A stretch of 64,000 nucleotides of DNA from the NCBI GenBank assembly GCA_963827655.1, contig CAWHCF010000044.1, forward strand, positions 192,001 through 256,000. The letters are read 5' to 3'. The notes under the pieces were generated by a model. It made no database searches. It had not been told where the DNA came from and saw nothing but the letters and a program-made list of their open reading frames with translations. Below, in pieces: positions 48,088 through 61,014 of the stretch. Made by a program: the position numbers and the translations under genes. Each line of letters begins with the position of its first letter. Positions within the stretch are counted from its first letter, which is position 1. The DNA is from an uncultured Acidobacteriota bacterium (GTDB taxonomy: Bacteria; Acidobacteriota; UBA6911).

Positions 48088-50136
48088 ATGCCCTCCAACA
48101 GAATCCGTGAATTTGCGGCGCTCCTGTTGCTTCTGCTCGTGGAATCGTGGCTCTTCTCCCAGTCTTTCGACAAATTCTTCAATCTCGATAGCCTGTTCTA
48201 CCTTATCCACTACCCGCGCTCCTTCGACGACTTGATCCGCGCCTTCAGCGCGCCCGATCCTGCGCTTCAGTTTCGGCCCGTCTCGCTTGCGATCATGGGA
48301 TTGCTGGTTCCCATTCTGGGACATGACCCCGGTCCGCACCACTGGGTCCCCTTGATTCTTCATCTGCTCAATACACTTCTTTTCTATCGCTTCGCGCGGC
48401 GCCTCATGCCCGGCTGGACCAGCGCCTATGCGGCTGCCGCGTTCTGGGGAGTGCACTCAGTCGCCGGATGGATTACTTACGACATCACCTGCATTTCCGA
48501 TCTGCTTCTGGCTGGTTTCGTACTCGCTTCCCTGATTCTCGCAGTAGACGGTCGAACAAGGAATTCGCGACTCCGTGTGGCCGGCTCGCTGGTACTTTTT
48601 GTCTGCGCGCTCCTGACTAAAGAAGCGGCCACGACCTTTCCCCTTGCGCTTCTGCTGAGTCTCATCCTTGTCGACCTGAGCAGCGCTGGAGAATCATTAT
48701 CGGTGACCGCAGTCTGGAAATCATTCCGCAAGGCTCTTCCGCTCACCAGTGTGTATCTGGTCCTCGCCCTGGTCCACGCCGGGCTTCTCATACACTGGCT
48801 CCGGACCGGGCTGCTGTACGCTCAGGGAGGGAGCGCTGCCTACGATATCAACCCCTGGGCTAATCTGGCGGCGAAGACGAAGTACCTGTACTGGGCCCTG
48901 AACCTGCCCGATGCCCTGCATGTCGCTCGGGCGAATTCGGTTCGCATTCTGGTGATGATCCTGATAGGAACCGTGCTCCTGCTCTGGCTGCTGGATGTGA
49001 TGGCGCGCAGAGGCAAGCTCGCGCCGGTAGAGTGGGCCGGCTTGATCTGGCTGGTCGGGCTCAACCTTCCAGCACTCATGCTTTCGGGCCGGTTAGCGAA
49101 GTGGTACCTCTACGTCCCGCTCCTCGGCCTCGCCCTGGCATTTGGAAGCCTGGCGGCGCGGATGCAGGCACGGCTTTCGCGCTTCGGCGCTACCGTGGCA
49201 AGCACCGCGACGATGTCGGTCCTGCTATTTCCCTTCCTTTTTTCATCGATGGTCCAGACACGCAGCTACCTGGTTTCGTCCGATGCGGCGTATACCTCCG
49301 GAATTGTCGAGAGTTGTATACGAGGCTTTCAGGAAGCTAACCCTGCGCTCCCCCGCGCCGTCACGCTATTTTGGCTCCCGTTTCCGACGTTCGAGAAAAA
49401 CGTCGCGGATCTGCTAAAGGCTCCACCCGTCGGCGAAGGCCAGTTGTTCGAGCTCTTCTACCCCGGGACCGAAGTGCAGATGTTGTTCGCTGACAAGGGA
49501 GATCGACTGCCGGAGGTGTATTCCAGACCCGCGGACGTCAGGATTCTTCAATACATGCTGGGCCACCTCAATGACGTTACTGAATACTACAAGGGGAGGC
49601 GCTGCGATAGTTCTTCACGACGGGTGATCAGCCGGCTGGAGGATGTCAAAGCCAGTGTCAGCCGCGATGAATTCTATCCTTCGTACGACAGCTTCCTCAC
49701 TCCCGGAGGAACTCCGGTCTTCTACTTGACCCCGGAGAGAGATGTCGTGACCCAGATCGGCGGATCCACGGTGGTCGTTCCCCTCCCCGCCATTGAATCA
49801 GGAACAACCTTGCGCTCAGATGTTTCATGGATGTTCGACGGCGGAGATGGCGGATGGGCGGAGTTGAGCGTCCAGGCGCCAGGAAGAAAGTCGGTGCTCT
49901 TCCGCGAATATCTGAATCCCAATCGCCGGAGCGGCGCGCTGCGCTGGAAGGAACTCAATCTGGATCTAGGACCTTTCGCCGGACACACGGCCGAACTGGT
50001 TCTCAGATGTTACAACGACCCCGGGAAAACTACGGTGGCCGATTGGTTGAGCTGGCGCGACATCGTGCTGGACTACCGGGAGAATGCAGTCACCCTTGCG
50101 CCGCCGGCCGCGCTTCCAGCTAGTTGCAACCCGTGA
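48088..50136 (+). CDS. Polytopic membrane protein, GT-C (PMT-like) glycosyltransferase fold probable
   Basis: Early acidic loop (LDS), FRPV, LHLLN, ALLTKE, about 12 TMs, soluble C-terminal domain. Confidence 0.65.
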   Translation: MPSNRIREFAALLLLLLVESWLFSQSFDKFFNLDSLFYLIHYPRSFDDLIRAFSAPDPALQFRPVSLAIMGLLVPILGHDPGPHHWVPLILHLLNTLLFYRFARRLMPGWTSAYAAAAFWGVHSVAGWITYDITCISDLLLAGFVLASLILAVDGRTRNSRLRVAGSLVLFVCALLTKEAATTFPLALLLSLILVDLSSAGESLSVTAVWKSFRKALPLTSVYLVLALVHAGLLIHWLRTGLLYAQGGSAAYDINPWANLAAKTKYLYWALNLPDALHVARANSVRILVMILIGTVLLLWLLDVMARRGKLAPVEWAGLIWLVGLNLPALMLSGRLAKWYLYVPLLGLALAFGSLAARMQARLSRFGATVASTATMSVLLFPFLFSSMVQTRSYLVSSDAAYTSGIVESCIRGFQEANPALPRAVTLFWLPFPTFEKNVADLLKAPPVGEGQLFELFYPGTEVQMLFADKGDRLPEVYSRPADVRILQYMLGHLNDVTEYYKGRRCDSSSRRVISRLEDVKASVSRDEFYPSYDSFLTPGGTPVFYLTPERDVVTQIGGSTVVVPLPAIESGTTLRSDVSWMFDGGDGGWAELSVQAPGRKSVLFREYLNPNRRSGALRWKELNLDLGPFAGHTAELVLRCYNDPGKTTVADWLSWRDIVLDYRENAVTLAPPAALPASCNP

Positions 50137-50233
50137 AACGGCGCATTGAGCCCGACTTGCGTCCGCCGGTAAATCCTTGCTGCCGTAATCTTCCGCCCGG
50201 GTCCAACGGGTGCTATAACTACTCCGAATCGCT

Positions 50234-53101
50234 ATGTCATCTGCAGAGAAGTCTCAATCTCGCAAGCTGCTGATTCTGGATGGGCACTCGCTTGCCTTTC
50301 GCGCTTTCTACGCTCTGCCCGAAGACCTTCAGACCTCGGATGGGACTCGAACCAACGCCGTCTTCGGCTTCACCTCGATGCTGATCAAGCTGCTACAGGA
50401 GCAGAATCCCGATTACATCGCTTGTTGCTTCGACCTCGGCCGGCTCCTTGAGCGAACCGAGCTATTCGCCGGCTATAAGGCAAATCGGACCGCGGCTCCG
50501 GAAGCATTTTCGTCCCAGCTCCCCCTGATACGTGAGGTGCTCCGCGTGCTGCGCATTCCCATTTACGAACTCGCCGGTCACGAAGCCGACGACATCATAT
50601 CCTTTCTCGCCAAACGCGCCGCAAGCGAGGGGGTCGAGGTGCGAATTGTCACCGGCGACCGCGACTTCTTTCAGCTCGTGGACGATAGCATCAAGGTTCT
50701 CTACAACCGGCGCGGCATCACCGATATCATCCAGATGGACGCCCGTGCCGTGGAAGAGCGCTACGGTGTGCCTCCCTCGAAGTATGTTGACTTGAAAGCC
50801 CTGGAGGGAGACTCCTCGGATAACCTTCCGGGTGTTCCCGGAGTTGGAACGAAAACCGCGGCCAAGCTGATTCTGAAATATGGCAGCGCCGAGGAGGTAG
50901 TCGCGCACGCCTCAGAGCAAACTCCCAAGCTGGCTCAAAGCCTGGCGGCTAGTGCCGAACAAGTCTCCATCAACAAACAGCTATCCACACTCATCGAGGT
51001 GCCGCTCAACGATGTCGGGTTGGATGATTTGAAGATGGGAATGTGGGACTTGAACGAAGTACGGGAGCTGTTCACGTCGTTCGAGTTCAAGAGTCTCCTC
51101 GAACGGCTGGTAACGGAACTGCCCGATGCCGCCAAGGGCGGAGGCAAGCCTTTCGAGTTGCGCACGCGCGTCTTTCATACGTTGAGCGACCTCGAGGCGC
51201 TGGCACAAGAGCTTCGCGTCTCCGGCGGTTTTGCGATTGACCTCGTTTCGGCTTTGCCGGGAAGCGCGCCGCGCAGCCTTGCGTTTTCCTGGGGAGCCGG
51301 CGAGGTCGCCTTTGTGCCGGTGGGCGGCCCGGGATTAACCGAATTCCAGGTAGCCGACGTTCTGCGCCCGTTGCTTGCGGACTCGTCCTTGCCCAAGGTC
51401 GTACATGGCGGGCGCGGTGTAGTGCTGGGACTTTCTGCCATCGGAGTGGAACTGGCGGGCTTGAAACTCGACACGCGGGTCGGCGCATATTTGCTCGACC
51501 CTGGCGCAGCCGGATACCATCTGGCAGAGGTCGCCCTCAAGTATTCAGGAAGAGAGCTCAAGGCCGCTGGTCCGCCGAGCGACGGCTCAAGCCCGCAAGG
51601 CACCCTCGCCTTCCAAACGACGGACGGGACCCGGAACTCTGAGACCGAAGATGACGGCGACGATTCCAGCGTGCAGGGCACCCTCACCTTCGACGTTGCG
51701 GACCGGCAACTGAACTCCGACGCCGAAGATGACGGCGACGATTCCGGCGGGCAAGGCACCCTCGCCTCAGCCCCAGGGGAGGAGCCAGGACATTCCGAGG
51801 CCGAAGACGCCTGTTTGCGAGCGCTCGCCGTCGCCGAAGCCGCGCCGAAAATGGAACAGGAGCTGGAGCGCCTCGGCATGGCAAACCTGTATCGCGCGAT
51901 CGAGCAGCCGCTGATACCGGTTCTGGCGCGCATGGAACGAGTCGGTGTCAAAATCGATCTCGACTATCTTTCCGCCATGGCGCGTGACATCGACCAACGA
52001 CTCGCGCAGCTCGAGACCGACTGCTACGAACTTGCCGGGGAACGCCTGAACCTGGGCTCGCCGACTCAGCTGCGAGTTCTGCTTTACGAGAGACTCGGGC
52101 TGAAGACCAGACGCCGCACCAAGACCGGCATGTCCACCGACGCGCGCGCCCTGCAGCAGCTGGTCGATCAGCATCCTTTCGTCGCCAAGTTGCTCGAGCA
52201 TCGCGAGCTGGCGAAGCTCAAGAACACTTATATCGATGCCCTGCCGCCCCTGGTCGATCCGCGCGAGGGGCGACTGCATACCACCTACGACCAGACTGTT
52301 GCGGCGACCGGCCGGCTGTCGAGCGTCAATCCCAACTTGATGAACATTCCGATACGGACAGAGCTCGGCAAGCAGATTCGGCGAGCCTTCATTCCCGAAC
52401 CGGCCCACTTGTTCGTATCCGCGGACTACTCTCAGATCGAACTGCGCATCATGGCGCATCTCTCCGAGGACCCGATTCTTCTGGAGATATTCCGCAAGAA
52501 TGAAGACGTCCACAGCGCCACGGCTTCCCGCGTCTTCCGGGTCGATCCGAAGGAGCTGAGCACCAAGCACCGTTCGGTCGCCAAGATGGTGAACTACGGC
52601 CTGGCCTACGGAATGGGCGCCCCGGGACTGGCCGAGCGTCTCAACGTCCCGTTTGCCGAGGCCAAAGAAATCATGGACGCTTACTTCGAGCAGTTTCGCG
52701 GCGTGCGAGAATTCCTCGATGCCATTGTTACTCAGGCCAAGGCGGACGGCTTCACCACCACGATGTTCGGCCGGCGACGCTATCTCCCCGAGCTCGGGAG
52801 CGGCAATCCGCGCGTGCGCGCCATCGGCGAACGGCAGGCCCTCAACGCCCCGATTCAGGGCACGGCAGCCGATATCATGAAGCTCGGGTTGATCAACGTC
52901 GATCGCGCTTTGCGCGACCAGGGGCTCGGCACGCGCGTTATCCTCACGGTGCACGACGAGCTGGTCCTGGAGGTGCCTGAACGCGAGCGGGAGGTAGCGG
53001 CCCTGATAGTGGAACGTGAGATGACCGGCGCGGCGGACCTGAGAGTTCCGCTGATGGTGGATGTTTCCTTCGGGTCGAACTGGGCGGAAGCCAAGGGATA
53101 A
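50234..53101 (+). CDS. polA: DNA polymerase I
   Basis: 5'-3' exonuclease (LDGHS..RAFYA, EADD, GDRD, GDSSDN.PGV.GVG.KTA); TGRLSS..PN, ADYSQIELR, NAPIQGTAAD, VHDEL. The 3'-5' exonuclease motifs are degenerate. Confidence 0.97.
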   Translation: MSSAEKSQSRKLLILDGHSLAFRAFYALPEDLQTSDGTRTNAVFGFTSMLIKLLQEQNPDYIACCFDLGRLLERTELFAGYKANRTAAPEAFSSQLPLIREVLRVLRIPIYELAGHEADDIISFLAKRAASEGVEVRIVTGDRDFFQLVDDSIKVLYNRRGITDIIQMDARAVEERYGVPPSKYVDLKALEGDSSDNLPGVPGVGTKTAAKLILKYGSAEEVVAHASEQTPKLAQSLAASAEQVSINKQLSTLIEVPLNDVGLDDLKMGMWDLNEVRELFTSFEFKSLLERLVTELPDAAKGGGKPFELRTRVFHTLSDLEALAQELRVSGGFAIDLVSALPGSAPRSLAFSWGAGEVAFVPVGGPGLTEFQVADVLRPLLADSSLPKVVHGGRGVVLGLSAIGVELAGLKLDTRVGAYLLDPGAAGYHLAEVALKYSGRELKAAGPPSDGSSPQGTLAFQTTDGTRNSETEDDGDDSSVQGTLTFDVADRQLNSDAEDDGDDSGGQGTLASAPGEEPGHSEAEDACLRALAVAEAAPKMEQELERLGMANLYRAIEQPLIPVLARMERVGVKIDLDYLSAMARDIDQRLAQLETDCYELAGERLNLGSPTQLRVLLYERLGLKTRRRTKTGMSTDARALQQLVDQHPFVAKLLEHRELAKLKNTYIDALPPLVDPREGRLHTTYDQTVAATGRLSSVNPNLMNIPIRTELGKQIRRAFIPEPAHLFVSADYSQIELRIMAHLSEDPILLEIFRKNEDVHSATASRVFRVDPKELSTKHRSVAKMVNYGLAYGMGAPGLAERLNVPFAEAKEIMDAYFEQFRGVREFLDAIVTQAKADGFTTTMFGRRRYLPELGSGNPRVRAIGERQALNAPIQGTAADIMKLGLINVDRALRDQGLGTRVILTVHDELVLEVPEREREVAALIVEREMTGAADLRVPLMVDVSFGSNWAEAKG
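51596..51810 (+). repeat. In-frame 78-bp tandem repeat (about 2.7 copies) inside polA
   Basis: CA(A/G)GGCACCCTC at 51596, 51674 and 51752, encoding QGTL..NS..EDDGDDS units. Confidence 0.85.
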
Positions 53102-53183
53102 TCGGAATCCACTTGCCACACAAAGGATCGGGATCGCGAACCGCGCTGACATTGGGCCGGTTCAGGCGCCAGCCAATCTCAAA

Positions 53184-54305
53184 TCAATGAACTAATCCTT
53201 CGATTTTATCCGCAACAAAATTGGCCTTTATGGTCTCCCCCTCTTTGCGAAGATGGCAGTGATCAAAGAAGTACTTCAGTGGAATCGTTTCAGGCGGGAT
53301 TCGAATGAAAGGAACGTTGTGGCGCCTGGCCAATCGCTCCATAACGTCTACGTTTTTTTTCCAGCCGATAGCCACAGCGTCATAAAGACGTTTCCCGCCA
53401 TCAAGGCCTGGCTCGACGGTTCTGAATATTTCCGGTTCGGCTAGATAAAACGGGAATAGTACAGGCGTGGCTTTATCCGCCAGGACCATTTTGATCAACG
53501 CATCTATGTTCCTCTCAAAGCCGACGGGCTCGTTCTTGGTCACATTCTCGATCGCCTTGGCGAGAGGCAACTGTTCGACAGAATGAGGTTGAGCGATAAA
53601 GCTGTCGATCCCCATATCGGAGCGCACTAGCCACCACCCATAGATAATCCGCATCAGACGCAGTCTTAGTAGATAACCTTCGCCGGCCCTACGACCAAAT
53701 GGCGGGGTCGTCCATCCCCGAAAGAAGCTGTAATCTGGACTGTATTCTTCGAAGAGTAGCGGTACCGAATCATTGCCTCCCTCGTGTATGATGACAATGC
53801 TCGCTCCAAGATGCCGATCTCTATACAGGTAATGTGATAGCAGTTCAGAGCTCAATCCGAAGGGTAACCCCGCGTTAATCACTTCCACATGAAAGTCCAA
53901 GCGTTCACTCAGGATGGGGCCCAGTTGGGCTGGCCATGACGATTGGAATCTCTTGAGCAAATAGCCATACGTTGTCGATCCGCCAAGCGCCAGGATGCGT
54001 TTTGTTCCGGGCTGCGGCAGCGGAGTGATTTCGGGCCCCCGATGTCCATATGAGTTGTGCTGCCTGATTCCGTCGTCTTCCCAACCGGGTCGGTTCACAT
54101 AGAGCATATACGGATGGCGCTGAATGCTTAGCACATCATCCAGTTGCACTTCGCCCAGGAGTAACTCAACGAATTTTCGACTTCTGGCTGTGGTCAGTCG
54201 GTCGTAGAAAGCTCTAGCACAGACTTCCAATACTGCGATAGAAAGAGCGCAACAGACTATGGAGGCGCTAAACCGTATTAGTAAACCGCGCAGGTTCCTG
54301 TCCAT
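53184..54305 (-). CDS. SGNH/GDSL hydrolase family protein with N-terminal TM anchor
   Basis: HNSYGHRG, LALGGSTT, INAG, GGND, FFDHCH; more AT-rich than its neighbours; start uncertain. Confidence 0.82.
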   Translation of the reverse strand: MDRNLRGLLIRFSASIVCCALSIAVLEVCARAFYDRLTTARSRKFVELLLGEVQLDDVLSIQRHPYMLYVNRPGWEDDGIRQHNSYGHRGPEITPLPQPGTKRILALGGSTTYGYLLKRFQSSWPAQLGPILSERLDFHVEVINAGLPFGLSSELLSHYLYRDRHLGASIVIIHEGGNDSVPLLFEEYSPDYSFFRGWTTPPFGRRAGEGYLLRLRLMRIIYGWWLVRSDMGIDSFIAQPHSVEQLPLAKAIENVTKNEPVGFERNIDALIKMVLADKATPVLFPFYLAEPEIFRTVEPGLDGGKRLYDAVAIGWKKNVDVMERLARRHNVPFIRIPPETIPLKYFFDHCHLRKEGETIKANFVADKIEGLVH

Positions 54306-54781
54306 TTTGAATGAACCGTGAAGCATGTCGACTCCAACTCTCACCCAATGAAAGTCGGGCCAAGGGTCAACAATGTTCGGTGCCGGTTTTTTCTCTTCGC
54401 GGCAAGCCGAGGTTCTTTCTTTGAGACGGGATAAGGATTGAACGCTGATAGAATGCAGGCCGACGGAAAGCAGACGGGATCTTGGCCAGAAGCCCCCGAC
54501 AAGGTACCCGCGCAAGCGGTTAATTGCAAGACCTTTTTGAGGTGTCCCCCCTTTCTGCGGATAAAATAAACCCAGCCTGCCAGCAATACGCCTTTCCGAT
54601 GGTGGCTCCTTTCCAGGAAGATCTCGCCTCCTCATGGACCTGGCCGCGCAGATTTCTGTCCGTTAAACCGATGTGGACAGCGATTGACGACCGATCAGGC
54701 AATCGCTTGGCGTATTCGTGTCTTGGCGGTAGTCTTTGTTCGGCGCTGCGAGGCCGCCGGGCGTCATGGACGAACAACTGA

Positions 54782-56848
<2,067 letters not shown>

Positions 56849-56912
56849 ATCAGCCGTCTCGTCCGGCGGCGGCCGCGAAACCCCGGATCCAAAACCCGCC
56901 GGCAGTCTGGCC

Positions 56913-56954
56913 TTGACCAGGGCGATCCCATAGATGTATATAGATGTACATGGG
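56913..56954 (+). promoter_or_regulatory. Candidate promoter/operator of the vapBC operon
   Basis: TTGACC at 56913; direct repeat ATAGATGTA at 56930 and 56940 (10-bp period) overlapping the -10 region and start. Confidence 0.5.
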
Positions 56955-57207
56955 GAACAAGACACGCACTCAACTTTATCTCGAAATCCGCCAGCGGGCC
57001 GCGCTGGAACAACGCTCCCGGCTTACAGGAAAATCGGTAGGACAGCTGGTCCGCGACGCCGTCGATGAAGTCTATTTGAAAGACCAGCCGCTGGAGAAAC
57101 CTATTTCAAAGAAGGATCCGTTGTGGAAGTTCGTCGCGGCAGGTAGCCCCAAAGAAACCGACATCTCCGCCCGGCACGACTATTACATCTATGAACTCGG
57201 GAAATGA
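56944..57207 (+). CDS. RHH/CopG-type antitoxin (VapB-like)
   Basis: RTQLYL..L...S...GKSVGQLVRDAVD; DISARHDYYIY C-terminus; ATGA overlap with the toxin. Confidence 0.85.
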   Translation: MYMGNKTRTQLYLEIRQRAALEQRSRLTGKSVGQLVRDAVDEVYLKDQPLEKPISKKDPLWKFVAAGSPKETDISARHDYYIYELGK

Positions 57208-57605
57208 AACTTTTCGTGGACACCAGCGCCTGGTTCGCGCTCAATAGCTCGACCGACCAGAACCATGCCGCCGCGATTGAATTCATCAAGACGTTTCAAC
57301 GCCACGCCGTAATCTTGTACACGACCGATTATATCGTTGATGAAACAGTTACGTTGATTCGAGTCAAGGTATCCCACAAGCAGGCGATCAACTTTCTGAA
57401 CTCCGCTCTTCGCAGCAAGAACGTGATTCGATCACAGGTTTCGCGCGATCTCATTATGCGAGCGGAGCAGATCTTCCGTAAGGCTGACAAGCTCTGGAGC
57501 TATACCGATTGTGTCTCCTTTGCCTTCATGGACGCGCAAGGGCTCTCGGACGCGTTCGCCTTCGACCAGAACTTCTCACAATATGGGAAGTCTGTTCACC
57601 CTTGA
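57204..57605 (+). CDS. vapC: PIN-domain toxin (VapC)
   Basis: LFVDTSAW, IVDET, SYTDCVSF, FAFDQNF. Confidence 0.9.
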   Translation: MKLFVDTSAWFALNSSTDQNHAAAIEFIKTFQRHAVILYTTDYIVDETVTLIRVKVSHKQAINFLNSALRSKNVIRSQVSRDLIMRAEQIFRKADKLWSYTDCVSFAFMDAQGLSDAFAFDQNFSQYGKSVHP

Positions 57606-57772
57606 TGCCTCCCCGCGAGTTTGCCGCAAGATTAAGTCAAATTTTTGTTTCGTCGGCTCACCACCTGGCCTGGAAGTATCTGGTTGGCTACTTCAATGAC
57701 GTGCTCGGAATCGCTTGAAGGAACCATAACCGCACATACCGCAAACGCTCCAGGTCCGATAGGCGAAAGCAT

Positions 57773-58258
57773 ATGGCAATGCTTCTAGCCAAGGTCGTCA
57801 TCTTCACAGTGCTAGTGCCCGGCACGATCGCTGTTGCGATACCATATTCTTTGCTCACCGAAGAACCCATGCCACACACCGGCCCCCTTGGGCTGCTGGG
57901 GTTGCTGCCGCTCACCCTTGGAGTGGCGTTCTATCTCTGGTGCGCGTGGGACTTCGCATCCGCCGGCCGGGGAACGCCGGCGCCGATCGACCCGCCCAGG
58001 ATGCTGGTAGCCAGAGGCTTGTATCGGGTAGTCAGGAATCCCATGTATGTTGGCGTTCTCTTGATTCTGATTGGCGAAAGCATAATCTTTTCATCCCTGG
58101 CCATCCTGCAATACGCGCTCTTCGTGTGGCTGATGTTCCACCTCTTTGTGGTCTTCTACGAGGAACCGACGCTGAGAAAGAAGTTCGGCGCCACGTACGA
58201 TGAATACCGCAAGAGCGTCTCCAGGTGGGTTCCTCACCGGCCGATTCCGGCTCGCTGA
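57773..58258 (+). CDS. Isoprenylcysteine carboxylmethyltransferase family protein
   Basis: GRGTPAP.DPP..LV..GLYR.VRNPMY, YEEP.L..KFG..Y..Y...V.RW. Confidence 0.9.
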   Translation: MAMLLAKVVIFTVLVPGTIAVAIPYSLLTEEPMPHTGPLGLLGLLPLTLGVAFYLWCAWDFASAGRGTPAPIDPPRMLVARGLYRVVRNPMYVGVLLILIGESIIFSSLAILQYALFVWLMFHLFVVFYEEPTLRKKFGATYDEYRKSVSRWVPHRPIPAR

Positions 58259-60975
58259 TGCCCCCCGAAGCCGCTCTTGTTACGCCCTCTGACCAGCACG
58301 AAAGCCATTCCGGCGAGAGTAAGCAGACTTACCACAAGTCCCCATTGAAAGGTCCCGGACCTGAATCGGACCTCGATAGCATGGGTACCCGCTTGCACCG
58401 GAATTGCTCGCAAGATGTAGTTCCCCCTTAGTAGAGGCGCCGGGCGGCTCGTCGACAACGGCTTCCCATCCCGGATAAAAGACCTCGCTGAGCACTACGA
58501 ACGCGGGCCGGTCAAGCTCGGCATGCAATGTGAGGCTGTTCGGCAGGAAAGATGTGATGCTGACACGTCCTGCATGGCCGGCATTCAAAGCCGATCGCGC
58601 AATTCGAAGCGAATCGATGTTCGCGGAGCAATCCGGCGTTTTTATGAAGGATAACCGGTATTCAACCGCGTCCAGTCGTCCCAGGTCGACCGCGACCTGC
58701 TGTAGATCGCCGGTCGCCGGGTTCCCGACAAGGTCTGCAGCCACATCAACCTCGGACTCGGGCCCTTTCAGCCGAAGCTTGATCGGCGACGAAGCCGAGC
58801 CGGCCGCGTAGAAACTCACTACGGCAAAACAGGGCATCCCCGGAGTTCTTGGGCGGAACGAGATCTCCATCTCATCCCCCGCGCTCCATCCCCAGGGAGG
58901 CTGTAAGATAGTCAATTTGCGATATGCTTCTTCATCGGTCAGTCCTTCGGCCTTTTTTTCAGCGGCGGTGCGATGAGAAAGAATGTGAGCTTCGATCTCA
59001 TCATCATCGTCAACGATCCCGCTCCGAAACGGAGCCAGTCGCTGAAGGTCGCCCTTCCTGAAGAGAACTGTTTCCCGGGTGGACATGGCCGGGCTTCGCT
59101 ACCCAGCGCAGGATTTCCAGGTCGGATGCGAAGCTTCGATAGCTTGAAGCCAGGAAGGCTCTCGGGACTGCCCGTGGATTCCGGTAGATCGCTTCGGGAC
59201 CCTCGAAGACCTTTTCCATCCATGGCACCGGGGTCCGGCTGACGAAGTAGCGCAGGCTCAGAAGGGCAGAGGCGTTTGAAGCGGGTCCCCAATCGGTGCC
59301 GCGAAAATCGAGATACCGGACCAACCCGGTCGCCCCGTGTCCCATGGCAGATTCCAACCGCCAGGCGTCACCGAAATTGGGAGGGAAAATCTGCTCCGGA
59401 TCCTCGACGCGAAAGTATTCCCGGTCGCGCTGCGACCTGAGGAACTCCGCTGCAGGAGGTATTCTCCAGTAACTCTGGATAGAAGGGTTCGGTTCCCCGC
59501 GCGGGCGGTTCTTGGTGCGAATGCCGGCCGAAACCTCGGACGCAAGATCTACTACCAGGACAATGATGATCAGATATCGAAATACAGCCGGCCTGACCCT
59601 TCCGGTGTGCAGAAGAAAGAGCAGGAAACCCAGGAGCGTGAGGTAGGCCGCCAGCCCGGCCAGGCCTCGGATATACCGATGGGACAAGGGACAGGCTCGG
59701 GTTCGCCGCGATCAGGATTCCGCAGCTCACGACCAGGAAAGCCATGCCCCAGCCGGCGCGCCGGACAAAGATCCGGAAACTCCGGTCGGGCGACGCCCGT
59801 GTAAGCTTCAACCAGGTAGTCGAGCCCCCAACCTACGAGCAGCGCGAGACACAGCTGAAAGGGAACCAGGTAATGAAATACCTCGCGGGCGAACCAGACG
59901 CCCGGGATGAAAGTGTTGACCCACCCATGCAAAACCGAAAACTTCCCCCAGCTCAGGAAAAAATAGAGAAAGAGAGCGCCGCCGAAGAAGTAAGTTTCAC
60001 TGTTTCGTACGAAGAGGAGCGCAACCAGAGCGAGAAAAACAACCGTGGCTCCGACATAAATATTGGCTCCGCTCCCGGCGTAAGGGAGCAGGAGCGAGAT
60101 CGCATCTTCAGGCGTCAGGTTCCCTGTGTTCCCGAGCACCGAATATGGAATTCTCTCGCCCCACCGAATCGGGTCTCCTTCTCCGACCCACCGATAAACC
60201 TGGCGCGCCCACTCTATGGAAGGGAGCCACTGAACCGCCGTCAGACAGCGCCGCAACCAGCGCTACACCTCCCAGCGCCAGGAGAGGGACGATCCGGGCA
60301 CTCCACGGCGATTGCTTCCAATCTCGAAAAAGTGTGAAAAGCGCGTAGAAAAAGAGCAGCAGTCCTGCGTGCACCGGCGGCACATGGTGTCCGGCAAGAA
60401 AGGAAAGTCCGAGGCAGGCTCCGCACCACAGGCTCCAGCGCAGGCGAGCTCTGGACGTTTTCTCCAGAAGAGCCCGGCGGAAAAGCAACAAGACCAGAGG
60501 CATCCAGATAAAGCCGCTCAGGATGTTTACAAATCCACTGAACCTGGATCGTGTATCCCCCGAGCGCAAACGCAACCCCGGATGCGGCGGCGCCCCAGGG
60601 GGTGATCGCGAAGGAGCGGGCCAGCAGATAAGTAAAACCGCCCGCCAGAAAATAGTTCAGTATCAAGAGCGCCTGGAGCCCTTCGAGATTGATTCCGCCG
60701 CCACTCGCCGGAAGCAGCATGAAAAGCCAATTCAGGGGATAGAGGACGCCGGGCTGAAGTTCACCCAGGTTGGCCTTGCCCGAATAAACATAGGGATCCC
60801 AAAGTAGAAGACTCCCTTTCTTGAGCCAGTAAGCGGCAATGTTGAACCAGGGGAAGGTCTGGCTGCACATGTCCCCTCCGGTAAGAAGCGTGAATTCCGG
60901 ATGGAAGAGAACCTTCCAGAAAGCAAGGAGCATTACAGCGGCCAGGAAAACAAGCGGACGAATCTTACGGAGCAC
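58234..60975 (-). CDS. YfhO-family (GT-C-like) membrane protein, paralogue 1, several frameshifts (about 60540, 60245, 59770, 59100, 58450)
   Basis: LLWDPYVYSG..QPGVLYP; PRAFL; VVLSEVFYPGWEA.VD..RGNYILRAIPV.AG.H; spread over 5-6 ORF pieces. Confidence 0.8.
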
Positions 60976-61014
60976 AAAACCTCACCGCGAAGACGCAAAG
61001 ACGCAAGGCCCGCG

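Noticed and set aside
51767-53152. Long antisense ORFs (also 25449..26612, 22367..23524, 33725..34882, 15851..16723)
   Set aside because: They are shadows of well-supported genes in GC-rich DNA and carry no independent motifs.
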